Source: Caldisphaera sp.
Lineage (GTDB): Archaea; Thermoproteota; Thermoprotei_A; Sulfolobales; Acidilobaceae
Direction: 5' to 3'
DNA length: 17,302 nucleotides
Assembly: GCA_049971805.1 (NCBI GenBank)
Contig: JBMFKU010000025.1
Span: 1 to 17,302 of the forward strand
In this document: piece after piece, positions 1-7,328 of the stretch
How the letters are laid out: each line of letters starts with the position of its first letter
Numbering within the stretch: position 1 is the first letter of the stretch
Notes under the pieces: model-generated
Database searches by the model: none
What the model was told of the DNA's origin: nothing
What the model saw: only the letters and a program-made list of their open reading frames with translations
Made by a program: the position numbers and the translations under genes

Positions 1-1
1 G

Positions 2-118
2 TGTGGACCAACAACAGAAATTTATGTTGATGGCATTGAAATTTGGAATTTAGTTTTTAATGAATTTTATCAGGAAAAAGACAAGAATTTAAAACCATTA
101 AAAATTAAAGGAGTAGAT
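2..118 (+). other. alaS: Alanyl-tRNA synthetase fragment (probably foreign, chimeric contig end)
   Basis: Frame from nt 2 reads [39 protein letters not shown], matching the AlaRS signature (GP)CGPxxEI...EIWNLVFxxY...LxPLxxKxVD(TGMGLER). After GVD the sequence switches to RpoA''. Confidence 0.8.
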
Positions 119-550
119 TATAGGAGGGTTGAAACAAATAATATAATTGAAATATCTCATGTATTGGGAATAGAAGCTGGAAGAAATGCAATAATAAAAG
201 AAATCACTGATGTTTTGCAGAACTCAGGTCTGGACGTAGATATTAGACATATAATGTTGGTTGCAGATATGATGACATGGACTGGTAAAGTAAGACAAAT
301 TGGAAGATTGGGAGTTGTGGGAGAAAAGCCAAGCGTTATAGCAAGGGCTGCATTTGAAGTTACTGTTAATCAACTTTATAATGCAGCTATTTCAGGTGAG
401 GATGAAAAGTTTTATGGAGTAACAGAAAGTATATCAGCTGGGTTACTACCTAAATTAGGTACTGGAATAATAATGTTGGGGATGGGGGCTCAATCATTAA
501 AATCCCCAACAGATAAAAATTTAGAGGGTAGCAGTAAACAAGGGCAATAA
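98..550 (+). CDS. rpoA2: DNA-directed RNA polymerase subunit A'' (Rpo1C), 5'-truncated C-terminal part
   Basis: [33 protein letters not shown]...[14 protein letters not shown]...[13 protein letters not shown]...KLGTG motifs. The frame is open upstream of the ORF-track start at 164, and the gene sits in its canonical position before rpl30e. Confidence 0.95.
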   Translation, partial: LKIKGVDYRRVETNNIIEISHVLGIEAGRNAIIKEITDVLQNSGLDVDIRHIMLVADMMTWTGKVRQIGRLGVVGEKPSVIARAAFEVTVNQLYNAAISGEDEKFYGVTESISAGLLPKLGTGIIMLGMGAQSLKSPTDKNLEGSSKQGQ

Positions 551-563
551 AAAGGTGAGAAAT

Positions 564-872
564 ATGTCGGTATCATTAGAAAAAGAGTTGAAGAATTTGC
601 TCAAAAGTGGCAAATATAATTTAGGATCTAAAAATACATTAAAATCTGTATTAAGAGGTGAGGCGAAGATGGTTATATTAGCAGATAATATGATAAATGA
701 AATAAGAGAAAAAATCGAAAAAAGTAGCAAGATGGGAAACATACCAGTATTTATATTCAAGGGAACGTCAGTTGAATTGGGAGCATTACTTGGAAAACCA
801 TTTAAGGTATCTGCAATAACAGTTATAGACCCAGGAGAGTCAAGGATCCTGGATCTTTCTGGAACAGCTTAG
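564..872 (+). CDS. rpl30e: 50S ribosomal protein L30e
   Basis: KSGKYNLGSKNTLK...GTSVELGALLGKPFKVSAITVIDPGESRIL. ATG at 564 follows the SD AGGTGA; the ORF-track GTG at 555 lies within the SD. Confidence 0.96.
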   Translation: MSVSLEKELKNLLKSGKYNLGSKNTLKSVLRGEAKMVILADNMINEIREKIEKSSKMGNIPVFIFKGTSVELGALLGKPFKVSAITVIDPGESRILDLSGTA

Positions 873-882
873 GGTGCGTGTA

Positions 883-1323
883 ATGGAAAATAGCAGCGGT
901 GATAGAATAGATTTGGAGGAGCTTAGATACTTATCTTTATTTCAAGACTTAACAAATGCAATGGCATATAGATGCATTACTGATAATGAGGCAAATAGGG
1001 TTTTTTATTTGGTTAATAAAAATGATGTTGGTAAGGCGATAGGTAAAGACGGTAAGAATGTAAAATCGTTATCTAAAATTTTAAACAAAAGTGTAGAAAT
1101 AGTTGAGTATTCTGATAATGTGGAAGAAATGGCAAAAAATCTTTTTCCAGGCATTTCTGTGATTAAGGTTGATCTAATAGATAAGGATAATACAAAAACT
1201 GTTTATGTCAAAGTAAAAGATGATGAAAAAGGTAAGGCGATAGGTAAAGACGGTAAGAATGTAAAAAGGGCTAAAATAATACTTAACAAATTATTTGGAG
1301 TAGAAAAGGTAGTGGTAAAATGA
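883..1323 (+). CDS. nusA: Archaeal NusA (two KH domains)
   Basis: Two GKAIGKDGKNVK KH GxxG loops, IVEYSD motif and synteny between rpl30e and rps12. ATG 883 follows AGGGTG. Confidence 0.95.
   Translation: MENSSGDRIDLEELRYLSLFQDLTNAMAYRCITDNEANRVFYLVNKNDVGKAIGKDGKNVKSLSKILNKSVEIVEYSDNVEEMAKNLFPGISVIKVDLIDKDNTKTVYVKVKDDEKGKAIGKDGKNVKRAKIILNKLFGVEKVVVK
1030..1266 (+). repeat. Perfect 36-bp direct repeat (1030-1065 and 1231-1266) inside nusA
   Basis: ggtaaggcgataggtaaagacggtaagaatgtaaaa occurs twice, in frame, 201 nt apart. Confidence 0.95.
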
Positions 1324-1380
1324 AACAAAGTTTTTATTCTCAAATTTATAGATATTAGTGTGCAAGAATGGGGAGGACTA

Positions 1381-1824
1381 ATGGGAGAAGGTAAATCACC
1401 AAATGGATTGTTTGCTGCTAGGCAAATAAGAAAAAAGAGGATGAAATTTAAGTGGTCTCAAAAAGAGTTTGAAAGAAGGATGTTAAAGTTAACTGAAAAA
1501 TACGATCCATTAGAAGGATCTCCTATGGCTAGGGCTATTGTTTTAGAAAAGGTTGGAGTTGAGTCGAGACAGCCAAATTCAGCATTAAGAAAATGCGTAA
1601 GATGCCAGCTAATTAAAAATAAGAAAGTTGTAACAGCTTTCGTTCCAAAAGATGGGGGTATATTGTACATAGATGAACACGATGAAGTTATAATAGAAGG
1701 GATAGGAGGTCCTAAGGGAGGTTCTCTGGGAGACATACCCGGAGTTAGATATAAGGTTGTAATGGTTAATGGAGTTTCACTAGATGCATTATGGAAAGGT
1801 AAGAAGCAGAAGGTAAAGAGATAA
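1381..1824 (+). CDS. rps12: 30S ribosomal protein S12 (uS12)
   Basis: [48 protein letters not shown] 1381 follows the SD GGGGAGGA. Confidence 0.98.
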   Translation: MGEGKSPNGLFAARQIRKKRMKFKWSQKEFERRMLKLTEKYDPLEGSPMARAIVLEKVGVESRQPNSALRKCVRCQLIKNKKVVTAFVPKDGGILYIDEHDEVIIEGIGGPKGGSLGDIPGVRYKVVMVNGVSLDALWKGKKQKVKR

Positions 1825-1906
1825 TATACTTTAATCCTTAAAATTTTGTATAAATTTTAGTAAGACAATCTGGTAAGTCAATTAATTTTAATTGTTTTAC
1901 ATTATA

Positions 1907-2404
1907 CTATAAACTGCCTTGGTCTCCTTCATCTCCTTCGTTACCTTCTTCTGCATTGTTTTGATCTTCCATATCGGCCAACCTTTTAGTTACATAGATT
2001 GGTTTACTTGATATTATACCTAGGTAAATTGCATGACTTGGTATCATCTTAATGCTTATGTTTAATCCTTCTGCTTCGAACTCAACGCTTGCTGTATATA
2101 ATCCACTTTTTGAGTCCAGCTCATCTATTACTATTCTTTTTAATGTCTTGCCCATTAAATCCTTGAATTCTTCATGATTCATAAGAAAAGAAAATATAGA
2201 TTGTCTTCTAGGAGGGATCTCTCCATCATTATATAATCTTATAGCTTCTGCTACATCAGCCGGAATATTAACTAGGGAAAACATCCTTCCATCTTCTAAT
2301 GATAGAGTTAGTCCTATAACATATGTTCCAAATCCGCTGCTTACGTCTTGTATAACTTTGTAGTAGGTTTGTACGTTGGTAACTCTTAACAAATCTTCAT
2401 CCAT
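1907..2404 (-). CDS. Bifunctional nuclease (DUF151)-like protein, divergent, with acidic tail
   Basis: Pattern L..EDGR.F...NI...VAEAI......PRRQSI...LKRIVIDEL....LYTA......IPSHAIYLG....KPIYV resembles the DUF151 layout. SD GAGGGA precedes the ATG. Confidence 0.7.
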   Translation of the reverse strand: MDEDLLRVTNVQTYYKVIQDVSSGFGTYVIGLTLSLEDGRMFSLVNIPADVAEAIRLYNDGEIPPRRQSIFSFLMNHEEFKDLMGKTLKRIVIDELDSKSGLYTASVEFEAEGLNISIKMIPSHAIYLGIISSKPIYVTKRLADMEDQNNAEEGNEGDEGDQGSL

Positions 2405-2539
2405 ATATAATCCCTCGCATCTTATCTTTGTTATCTAAAACTCTTAAGTTTGTGGTTTCTAAATTTATTTATTAAATCTTTAAAAAATAGATTTTATAAT
2501 CCACAGAGTAAAACAGATAAGGGTGAAGAGGCGAGAAAA

Positions 2540-3157
2540 TTGAGCAATGAAGGACAAAATCTGCCAAATGTGGAGCAGGTAGGGAGCAATTTAAGCAATA
2601 TAAAGCTCTTCGATAAGTGGGGTTGGGAAAGCATTGATATAAGAGATCCAAGTCTTAAAAAATATATAAGCCTGAAACCAACCTATCTACCTCATACTGG
2701 AGGTAGACATGAGCATAAGAGATTTGGCAAAGCAGAAGTTTCAGTTGTTGAAAGATTAATCAATAGACTAATGTATCCTGGAAAAAATGGAGGCAAAAAG
2801 ATGCTTGCTTATAATATAGTTAGAAATGCATTTGATATAATATATTTAGAAACAAAGGAGAACCCTATACAGGTATTTGTTAGAGCAATAGAGAATGCTG
2901 CTCCTAGAGAAGAAACGACCAGAATAATGTATGGAGGTATCGTATATAGAGTTTCAGTTGATGTATCTTCACAAAGGAGAGTTGATTTAGCCATTAGGTT
3001 TATTACAGAAGGAGCTAGAGAGTGCTCGTTTGGTAATATTAAGCCTATAGAGCAATGTTTAGCAGAAGAGATAATTATGGCCTCAAGAAATGATGCGCAG
3101 TGCCATTCTATAAAGCAAAAAGAGGAAATAGAGAGAATAGCTTTGAGCTCAAGATGA
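2540..3157 (+). CDS. rps7: 30S ribosomal protein S7 (uS7)
   Basis: [62 protein letters not shown]. Probable start is TTG 2540 after GAGGCG; the start is uncertain. Confidence 0.97.
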   Translation: MSNEGQNLPNVEQVGSNLSNIKLFDKWGWESIDIRDPSLKKYISLKPTYLPHTGGRHEHKRFGKAEVSVVERLINRLMYPGKNGGKKMLAYNIVRNAFDIIYLETKENPIQVFVRAIENAAPREETTRIMYGGIVYRVSVDVSSQRRVDLAIRFITEGARECSFGNIKPIEQCLAEEIIMASRNDAQCHSIKQKEEIERIALSSR

Positions 3158-3211
3158 TTTGATAAATTTTTTGTTTTCTATTTAGAGAAAGTCGAGACTT
3201 GAAGCAAAGTA

Positions 3212-3220
3212 TTTTTAAAT
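3212..3220 (+). promoter_or_regulatory. Putative TATA box for tuf-rps10
   Basis: TTTTTAAAT preceded by purine-rich GAAGCAAAG (BRE-like), about 50-60 nt upstream of the tuf ATG, and downstream of a T-rich tract after rps7. Confidence 0.45.
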
Positions 3221-3270
3221 CCCAGCTTAGTCTTAAAAGAAGGGATAAAAATAAATAAGAGGTGTTTAGC

Positions 3271-4581
3271 ATGCCTGAGAAGCCGCATTTGAATTTGGTA
3301 GTGATAGGGCACATAGATCACGGAAAGAGCACAACAACTGGCCATTTGCTATATAGATTGGGGTTAGTAGACGAAAAGAAGATGAGAGAATTAGAAGAAC
3401 AAGCTAAGGCTATGGGTAAAGAATCATTTAAATATGCATGGGTATTAGATAAAATGAAGGAGGAAAGAGAAAGAGGTATAACTATTGATCTATCATTCAT
3501 GAAATTCGAAACTAAGAAATTTGTATTTACAATTATTGATGCACCAGGTCACAGAGACTTCGTTAAAAACATGATAACTGGTGCAAGCCAAGCTGATGCT
3601 GCAATGCTTGTTGTTTCTGCAAGACAAGGAGAGTTTGAAGCAGGTATGAGCCCTGAAGGGCAGACTAGAGAGCACTTATTATTAGCCAAGACATTGGGTA
3701 TTGAACAAATGATTGTTGCAATTAACAAAATGGATGCTCCAGATGTAAATTATAGCCAGAAGAGATACGAAGAAGTTTCTAACACATTAAAGAAGTTTAT
3801 GAAAGGTTTAGGTTATAATGTTGATTCAATACCTTTTGTTCCAATCAGTGCATGGACAGGAGATAATATAATTGAAAGAAGTCCTAATATGCCTTGGTAT
3901 AAAGGGCCTATATTGGTCGAATCATTTGATAATCTACAAACACCTCCAAAGCCAACAGATAAACCATTAAGATTGCCTGTACAAAATGTATATACAATCC
4001 CAGGAGCAGGTACAGTTCCTGTGGGAAGAGTAGAAACAGGCGTTATGAAAGTAGGAGACAAGGTAATATTCATGCCAGCAGGTGTTGGGGGAGAAGTTAG
4101 AAGCATACAAATGCACTATCAGGACTTGCAGAAGGCAGAACCTGGAGATAACATAGGCTTTTCAGTAAGGGGTGTTGAAAAGAATCAAATAAGGAGAGGA
4201 GATGTAGTCGGTCCATATGATGCTCCGCCAACAGTTGCAGATGAGTTTGTTGCAAGAGTATTTGTTGTATGGCATCCAAGTGCCATAGCTGTTGGTTATA
4301 CACCAGTTATCCATATACATACTGCAACAGTAAGCGCCAAAGTTGTTGAAATAATATCAAAGCTAGATCCAAGAACTGGTAAGGAAGTTGAGAAAAATCC
4401 ACAATTCTTAAAAGCTGGAGATGTGGCAATGATAAGGTTCAAACCAATTAAACCAACTGTTATAGAAAAATACAGTGACTTTCCACAATTAGGAAGATTT
4501 GCTATGAGAGATATGAACAGAACTGTTGGTATAGGTATAGTAACTGATGTGAAGCCAGCAAAAATAGAAATAAAGAAGTAA
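3271..4581 (+). CDS. tuf: Translation elongation factor EF-1alpha
   Basis: GHIDHGKST, ERERGITID, DAPGHRDF, NKMD, LGRFAMRD. ATG 3271 follows the SD GAGGTG. Confidence 0.99.
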   Translation: MPEKPHLNLVVIGHIDHGKSTTTGHLLYRLGLVDEKKMRELEEQAKAMGKESFKYAWVLDKMKEERERGITIDLSFMKFETKKFVFTIIDAPGHRDFVKNMITGASQADAAMLVVSARQGEFEAGMSPEGQTREHLLLAKTLGIEQMIVAINKMDAPDVNYSQKRYEEVSNTLKKFMKGLGYNVDSIPFVPISAWTGDNIIERSPNMPWYKGPILVESFDNLQTPPKPTDKPLRLPVQNVYTIPGAGTVPVGRVETGVMKVGDKVIFMPAGVGGEVRSIQMHYQDLQKAEPGDNIGFSVRGVEKNQIRRGDVVGPYDAPPTVADEFVARVFVVWHPSAIAVGYTPVIHIHTATVSAKVVEIISKLDPRTGKEVEKNPQFLKAGDVAMIRFKPIKPTVIEKYSDFPQLGRFAMRDMNRTVGIGIVTDVKPAKIEIKK

Positions 4582-4602
4582 TAAAAATAATTGGTGGAAA
4601 AT

Positions 4603-4914
4603 TTGGCATTTAAAGTAAGGATATGGCTATGGAGCACCAATATAAAAAGTTTGGAATCAGTAGTAAATCAAATTAGAGAAATTGCTCAAAAAACAGGAGT
4701 GCCAATAAAAGGTCCAATTCCATTGCCAACAAAAAGGCTTGAGGTTCCATTATTAAGGTTACCTCATGGAGAAGGAAGCAAACATTGGGAGCACTGGGAA
4801 ATGAGAATACATAAAAGGTTAATTGATATAGAGGCAGATGAAAGAGTATTGAGGAGATTGATGAGAATCCAAGTACCCCATGACGTATATATAGAAATTA
4901 AATCTGGTAGATAG
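4603..4914 (+). CDS. rps10: 30S ribosomal protein S10 (uS10)
   Basis: [40 protein letters not shown]. Probable start is TTG 4603 after the SD GGTGGA. Confidence 0.97.
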   Translation: MAFKVRIWLWSTNIKSLESVVNQIREIAQKTGVPIKGPIPLPTKRLEVPLLRLPHGEGSKHWEHWEMRIHKRLIDIEADERVLRRLMRIQVPHDVYIEIKSGR

Positions 4915-4915
4915 G

Positions 4916-4923
4916 TTTTAAAC
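4916..4923 (+). promoter_or_regulatory. Putative TATA box of tRNA-Ser
   Basis: TTTTAAAC about 40 nt upstream of the mature tRNA 5' end. Confidence 0.45.
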
Positions 4924-4959
4924 TTATTTTTGTCCTATACAATAATATCTTTATGTAGG

Positions 4960-5045
4960 GCCGGGGTGCCCGAGCGGTCCAAGGGGACAGGCTGGAGACC
5001 TGTTGTCCCGTAAGGGACTCGCGGGTTCAAATCCCGCCCCCGGCG
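4960..5045 (+). tRNA. tRNA-Ser(GGA), intronless, CCA not encoded
   Basis: Acceptor stem GCCGGGG/CCCCGGC with G discriminator; anticodon arm ACAGG-CTGGAGA-CCTGT (GGA at 4994-4996); long variable arm GTCCC-GTAA-GGGAC; T arm GCGGG-TTCAAAT-CCCGC; followed by a TTTTT terminator-like tract. Confidence 0.98.
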
Positions 5046-5280
5046 TTTTTCTCAAAAAGGTGAAAGTTATGATAAATTTTGTTATGTTTGAAAAGTTGTA
5101 TCAATGAGAGATGAAAATAATTATATTAAGGAAATTAAAAGAAGAAAAAAGAAATTTTTAGGTATTTACATTATTTGCCTGTATTATTCCTAATAATTTT
5201 TCTGTTATTAGTTATACTTATAAAATATTAAAATGATTGGAATGGTTATTTCATTTAATAGCTATATTTTTGTATGTTTA

Positions 5281-5631
5281 TGTTATATGACAAAAGAAAA
5301 ACAAGCCTCGCCCTTTAGGGTGGGGTGGAGGTCAGCAATGCTTATAAAGTGCTCTCTAGTTTTTACAAGAGATGCAATAATTAGAGAAAATGTTGAGAAC
5401 AAAGCTGAACCGATTATTGCAAATATTATAACTAATATCACATCTATTAGATTCCAATCTATAGCTACTCCGACAAGCACAGTTAATATATATTATAATT
5501 ACTTGAGATAGTGCTCTATTACTTGCTGATAAAGCTTTTCTAAAGACTAAGCTTCCCTTAGTGTCGGGGCAACTAAAAACTTGTGAAGTATACCAAGGTC
5601 TCTCTCATATAACAGCTATACCATAAAATAT
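5281..5631 (-). pseudogene. ABC-2 type (DrrB-like) exporter permease, internal fragment with at least 3 frameshifts and an IS-derived insertion
   Basis: Joining frames on the minus strand gives IFYGIAVI/fs/DLGILHKFLVAPTLR/fs/SLVFRKALSASNRALSQVIIIY/fs/LTVLVGVAIDWNL...FSTFSLIIASLVKTREHFISI[insertion]GHIT*. This follows the ABC-2 permease pattern IFYGI..IWERDLG.LHKFLV.P..R..LV.GKAL...SL.IASLVKTRERFMGIGQ. Confidence 0.85.
5292..5335 (+). mobile_element. 44-bp non-autonomous IS200/IS605-family mini-element (single hairpin, PATE-like)
   Basis: TGAC|aaaagaaaaa-CAAG-cctcgccc-ttta-gggtgggg-tggagg-TCAG. GC-rich hairpin typical of IS605/TnpB element ends. Removing 5292-5335 restores the permease reading ...FISIG..., with no target duplication. 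Confidence 0.8.
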
Positions 5632-6053
5632 TTATATATTTTTAATATTTAATAATAAAGTAAATAAAAGTATAATAGGAAGCAAATAAGCAAAGGCTCT
5701 CTGGCCTTCTTTTATCTTAAACAAACCTTAAAAAGCTTTAATTCTATAAGAGCGTAATCTTTCTTTATTTTATCATAAACAATATTATAGATAAGGTATT
5801 TATTCTTAAGGTTAGTTAGATTCAATAATAACAAATAATATAAATGGTTATATTGAAGGAATAGTTAACTTAAGTTTAATTTAAAATCCATGTCTAATAA
5901 AAATTAAATTTTTTGTTAAAGTATAATAATTTTTAGTTTTTTATGCCAAGCCATTAAAGATATAGTTTATTTAGAGGATAGACAAATTTGAATTTAATAG
6001 CTTAGGTAATAAATTAGCAGTAGTTTCTATTTAGGTTACATAAAATTTAAGAT

Positions 6054-6068
6054 AGAAAAATTTATATA
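6054..6068 (+). promoter_or_regulatory. Putative BRE/TATA promoter of the carAB transcript
   Basis: AGAAAAA immediately followed by TTTATATA (6061-6068), a good archaeal BRE-TATA match. Confidence 0.55.
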
Positions 6069-6088
6069 GTGAAACTTTTATTGAACTA

Positions 6089-6235
6089 GTGGGCATTATA
6101 AATAGATACATAATAGGCGGAAAAACGATATTTAAGGTGTTTAATCTTATTTGTTGTTATTTAAAGAGTAAGATAATTGTTTCTTCCCAATTTAAGTTAA
6201 TTTATCAAAATAAAGGTGATGATTTTGATTTGTAA
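6089..6235 (+). CDS. Possible 48-aa leaderless uORF overlapping the carA start
   Basis: GTG...TAA open frame MGIINRYIIGGKTIFKVFNLICCYLKSKIIVSSQFKLIYQNKGDDFDL, starting about 21 nt after the TATA box. No homology recognised. Confidence 0.25.
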   Translation: MGIINRYIIGGKTIFKVFNLICCYLKSKIIVSSQFKLIYQNKGDDFDL

Positions 6236-7328
6236 AAGAAATTACAAAGGCTTCCTTTATTTACAAGATGGGACATTACTTGAAGGTTGCGGTTTTGGAT
6301 CAAGAGGCTATAGATATGGAGAGGTAGTTTTTGCTACATCAATGAACGGATATCCCGAATTACTAACAGATCCTTCATATAGAGGGCAGATATTGATCAT
6401 AACACACCCTTTAGTAGGAAATTATGGTGTGCCAAAAATCAAGAAATTAAAAAATAGGATTATTGAAAACTTTGAATCAGAAAAAATTCAAGTAGAGGGC
6501 CTGATAGTTTCTGAAGAAACAGATCCAAATAAACATAGCTTTAGTTTATCTTTGCATGAATGGTTATTAAATGAAGGTATTCCAGGGGTTAGCAATATAG
6601 ATACTAGAGCCTTAGTTAAAAAAATAAGGTCCAAAGGGGTTATAACTGGTATAATTTCTTCTGGAATTGAAATTAATAACATAGACAAAGAGTTTAATTA
6701 TGATGAAATAGATTTTACTGATTTAACTTCTCCAAAAGAAGTGATAGTTCATGAAGGAAAGATTAACAAATCTATTGTTGTAGTAGATTGCGGAGTTAAA
6801 CACGGTATCTTAAAGGGAATATATGATTCTTTTAATTATAATATAATAAGGGTTCCATGTAAATCTAATGCAAGTGACATAATTAAATTTAATCCAAAAG
6901 GAGTTGTGTTTAGTAATGGTCCAGGAAATCCTCATTTACTTAAAAAGCTTGTAGAAAGCTATAGCGCTATTTTGGAGTATAAGATACCAATATTGGGTAT
7001 TTGCTTGGGTCATCAAATAGGTACCATAGCTTTGGGAGGAAAGATAAATAAGATGAAATATGGTCATAGGGCTATTAACAAGCCAGTTATAGATTTGATA
7101 ACAGAAAAAAGCTATATTACAACTCATAACCATGGATATGCCATAATATCATTTAAAGACTTACCAAATAATGTGAAACCATGGTTTATAGATCCAGACG
7201 ATAAAATTATCGAAGGTTGGATAAGTGAAGAAAAGAAGATACTCTCCGTACAATTCCATCCAGAAGCTAGGCCAGGTCCATTAGATACTTTGTGGATATT
7301 TGATAAATTTAAGAAGATGGTGGGATAA
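6225..7328 (+). CDS. carA: Carbamoyl-phosphate synthase small (glutaminase) subunit
   Basis: GEVVFATSMNGYPE.LTDPSY.GQ, SNGPGNP, catalytic GICLGHQ, HNHGY, QFHPEA.PGP. Probable start is TTG 6225 after the SD GGTGA (6216 and 6219 are alternatives). Confidence 0.97.
   Translation: MICKRNYKGFLYLQDGTLLEGCGFGSRGYRYGEVVFATSMNGYPELLTDPSYRGQILIITHPLVGNYGVPKIKKLKNRIIENFESEKIQVEGLIVSEETDPNKHSFSLSLHEWLLNEGIPGVSNIDTRALVKKIRSKGVITGIISSGIEINNIDKEFNYDEIDFTDLTSPKEVIVHEGKINKSIVVVDCGVKHGILKGIYDSFNYNIIRVPCKSNASDIIKFNPKGVVFSNGPGNPHLLKKLVESYSAILEYKIPILGICLGHQIGTIALGGKINKMKYGHRAINKPVIDLITEKSYITTHNHGYAIISFKDLPNNVKPWFIDPDDKIIEGWISEEKKILSVQFHPEARPGPLDTLWIFDKFKKMVG

Noticed and set aside
2450-2539. N-terminal extension of uS7 in the ORF track
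   Set aside because: Runs through the AT-rich promoter region; an SD-supported TTG at 2540 is more plausible.
5283-5480. 65-aa minus-strand ORF as an intact small protein
   Set aside because: It is one frame of the permease pseudogene, and its tail (DLHPTLKGEAC...) is translated IS-end sequence.
5233-5511. 92-aa plus-strand ORF
   Set aside because: Antisense to the permease pseudogene and reads through the IS hairpin; no recognisable family.
5548-5572. GC-rich patch aagcttcccttagtgtcggggc as a second IS end
   Set aside because: Explained as permease codons (VAPTLR) on the minus strand; no good hairpin.
5693-5850. Small hairpin AAGGC/GCCTT and a ~40-codon minus-strand frame
   Set aside because: A 5-bp stem and a short unrecognisable frame are within chance expectation.
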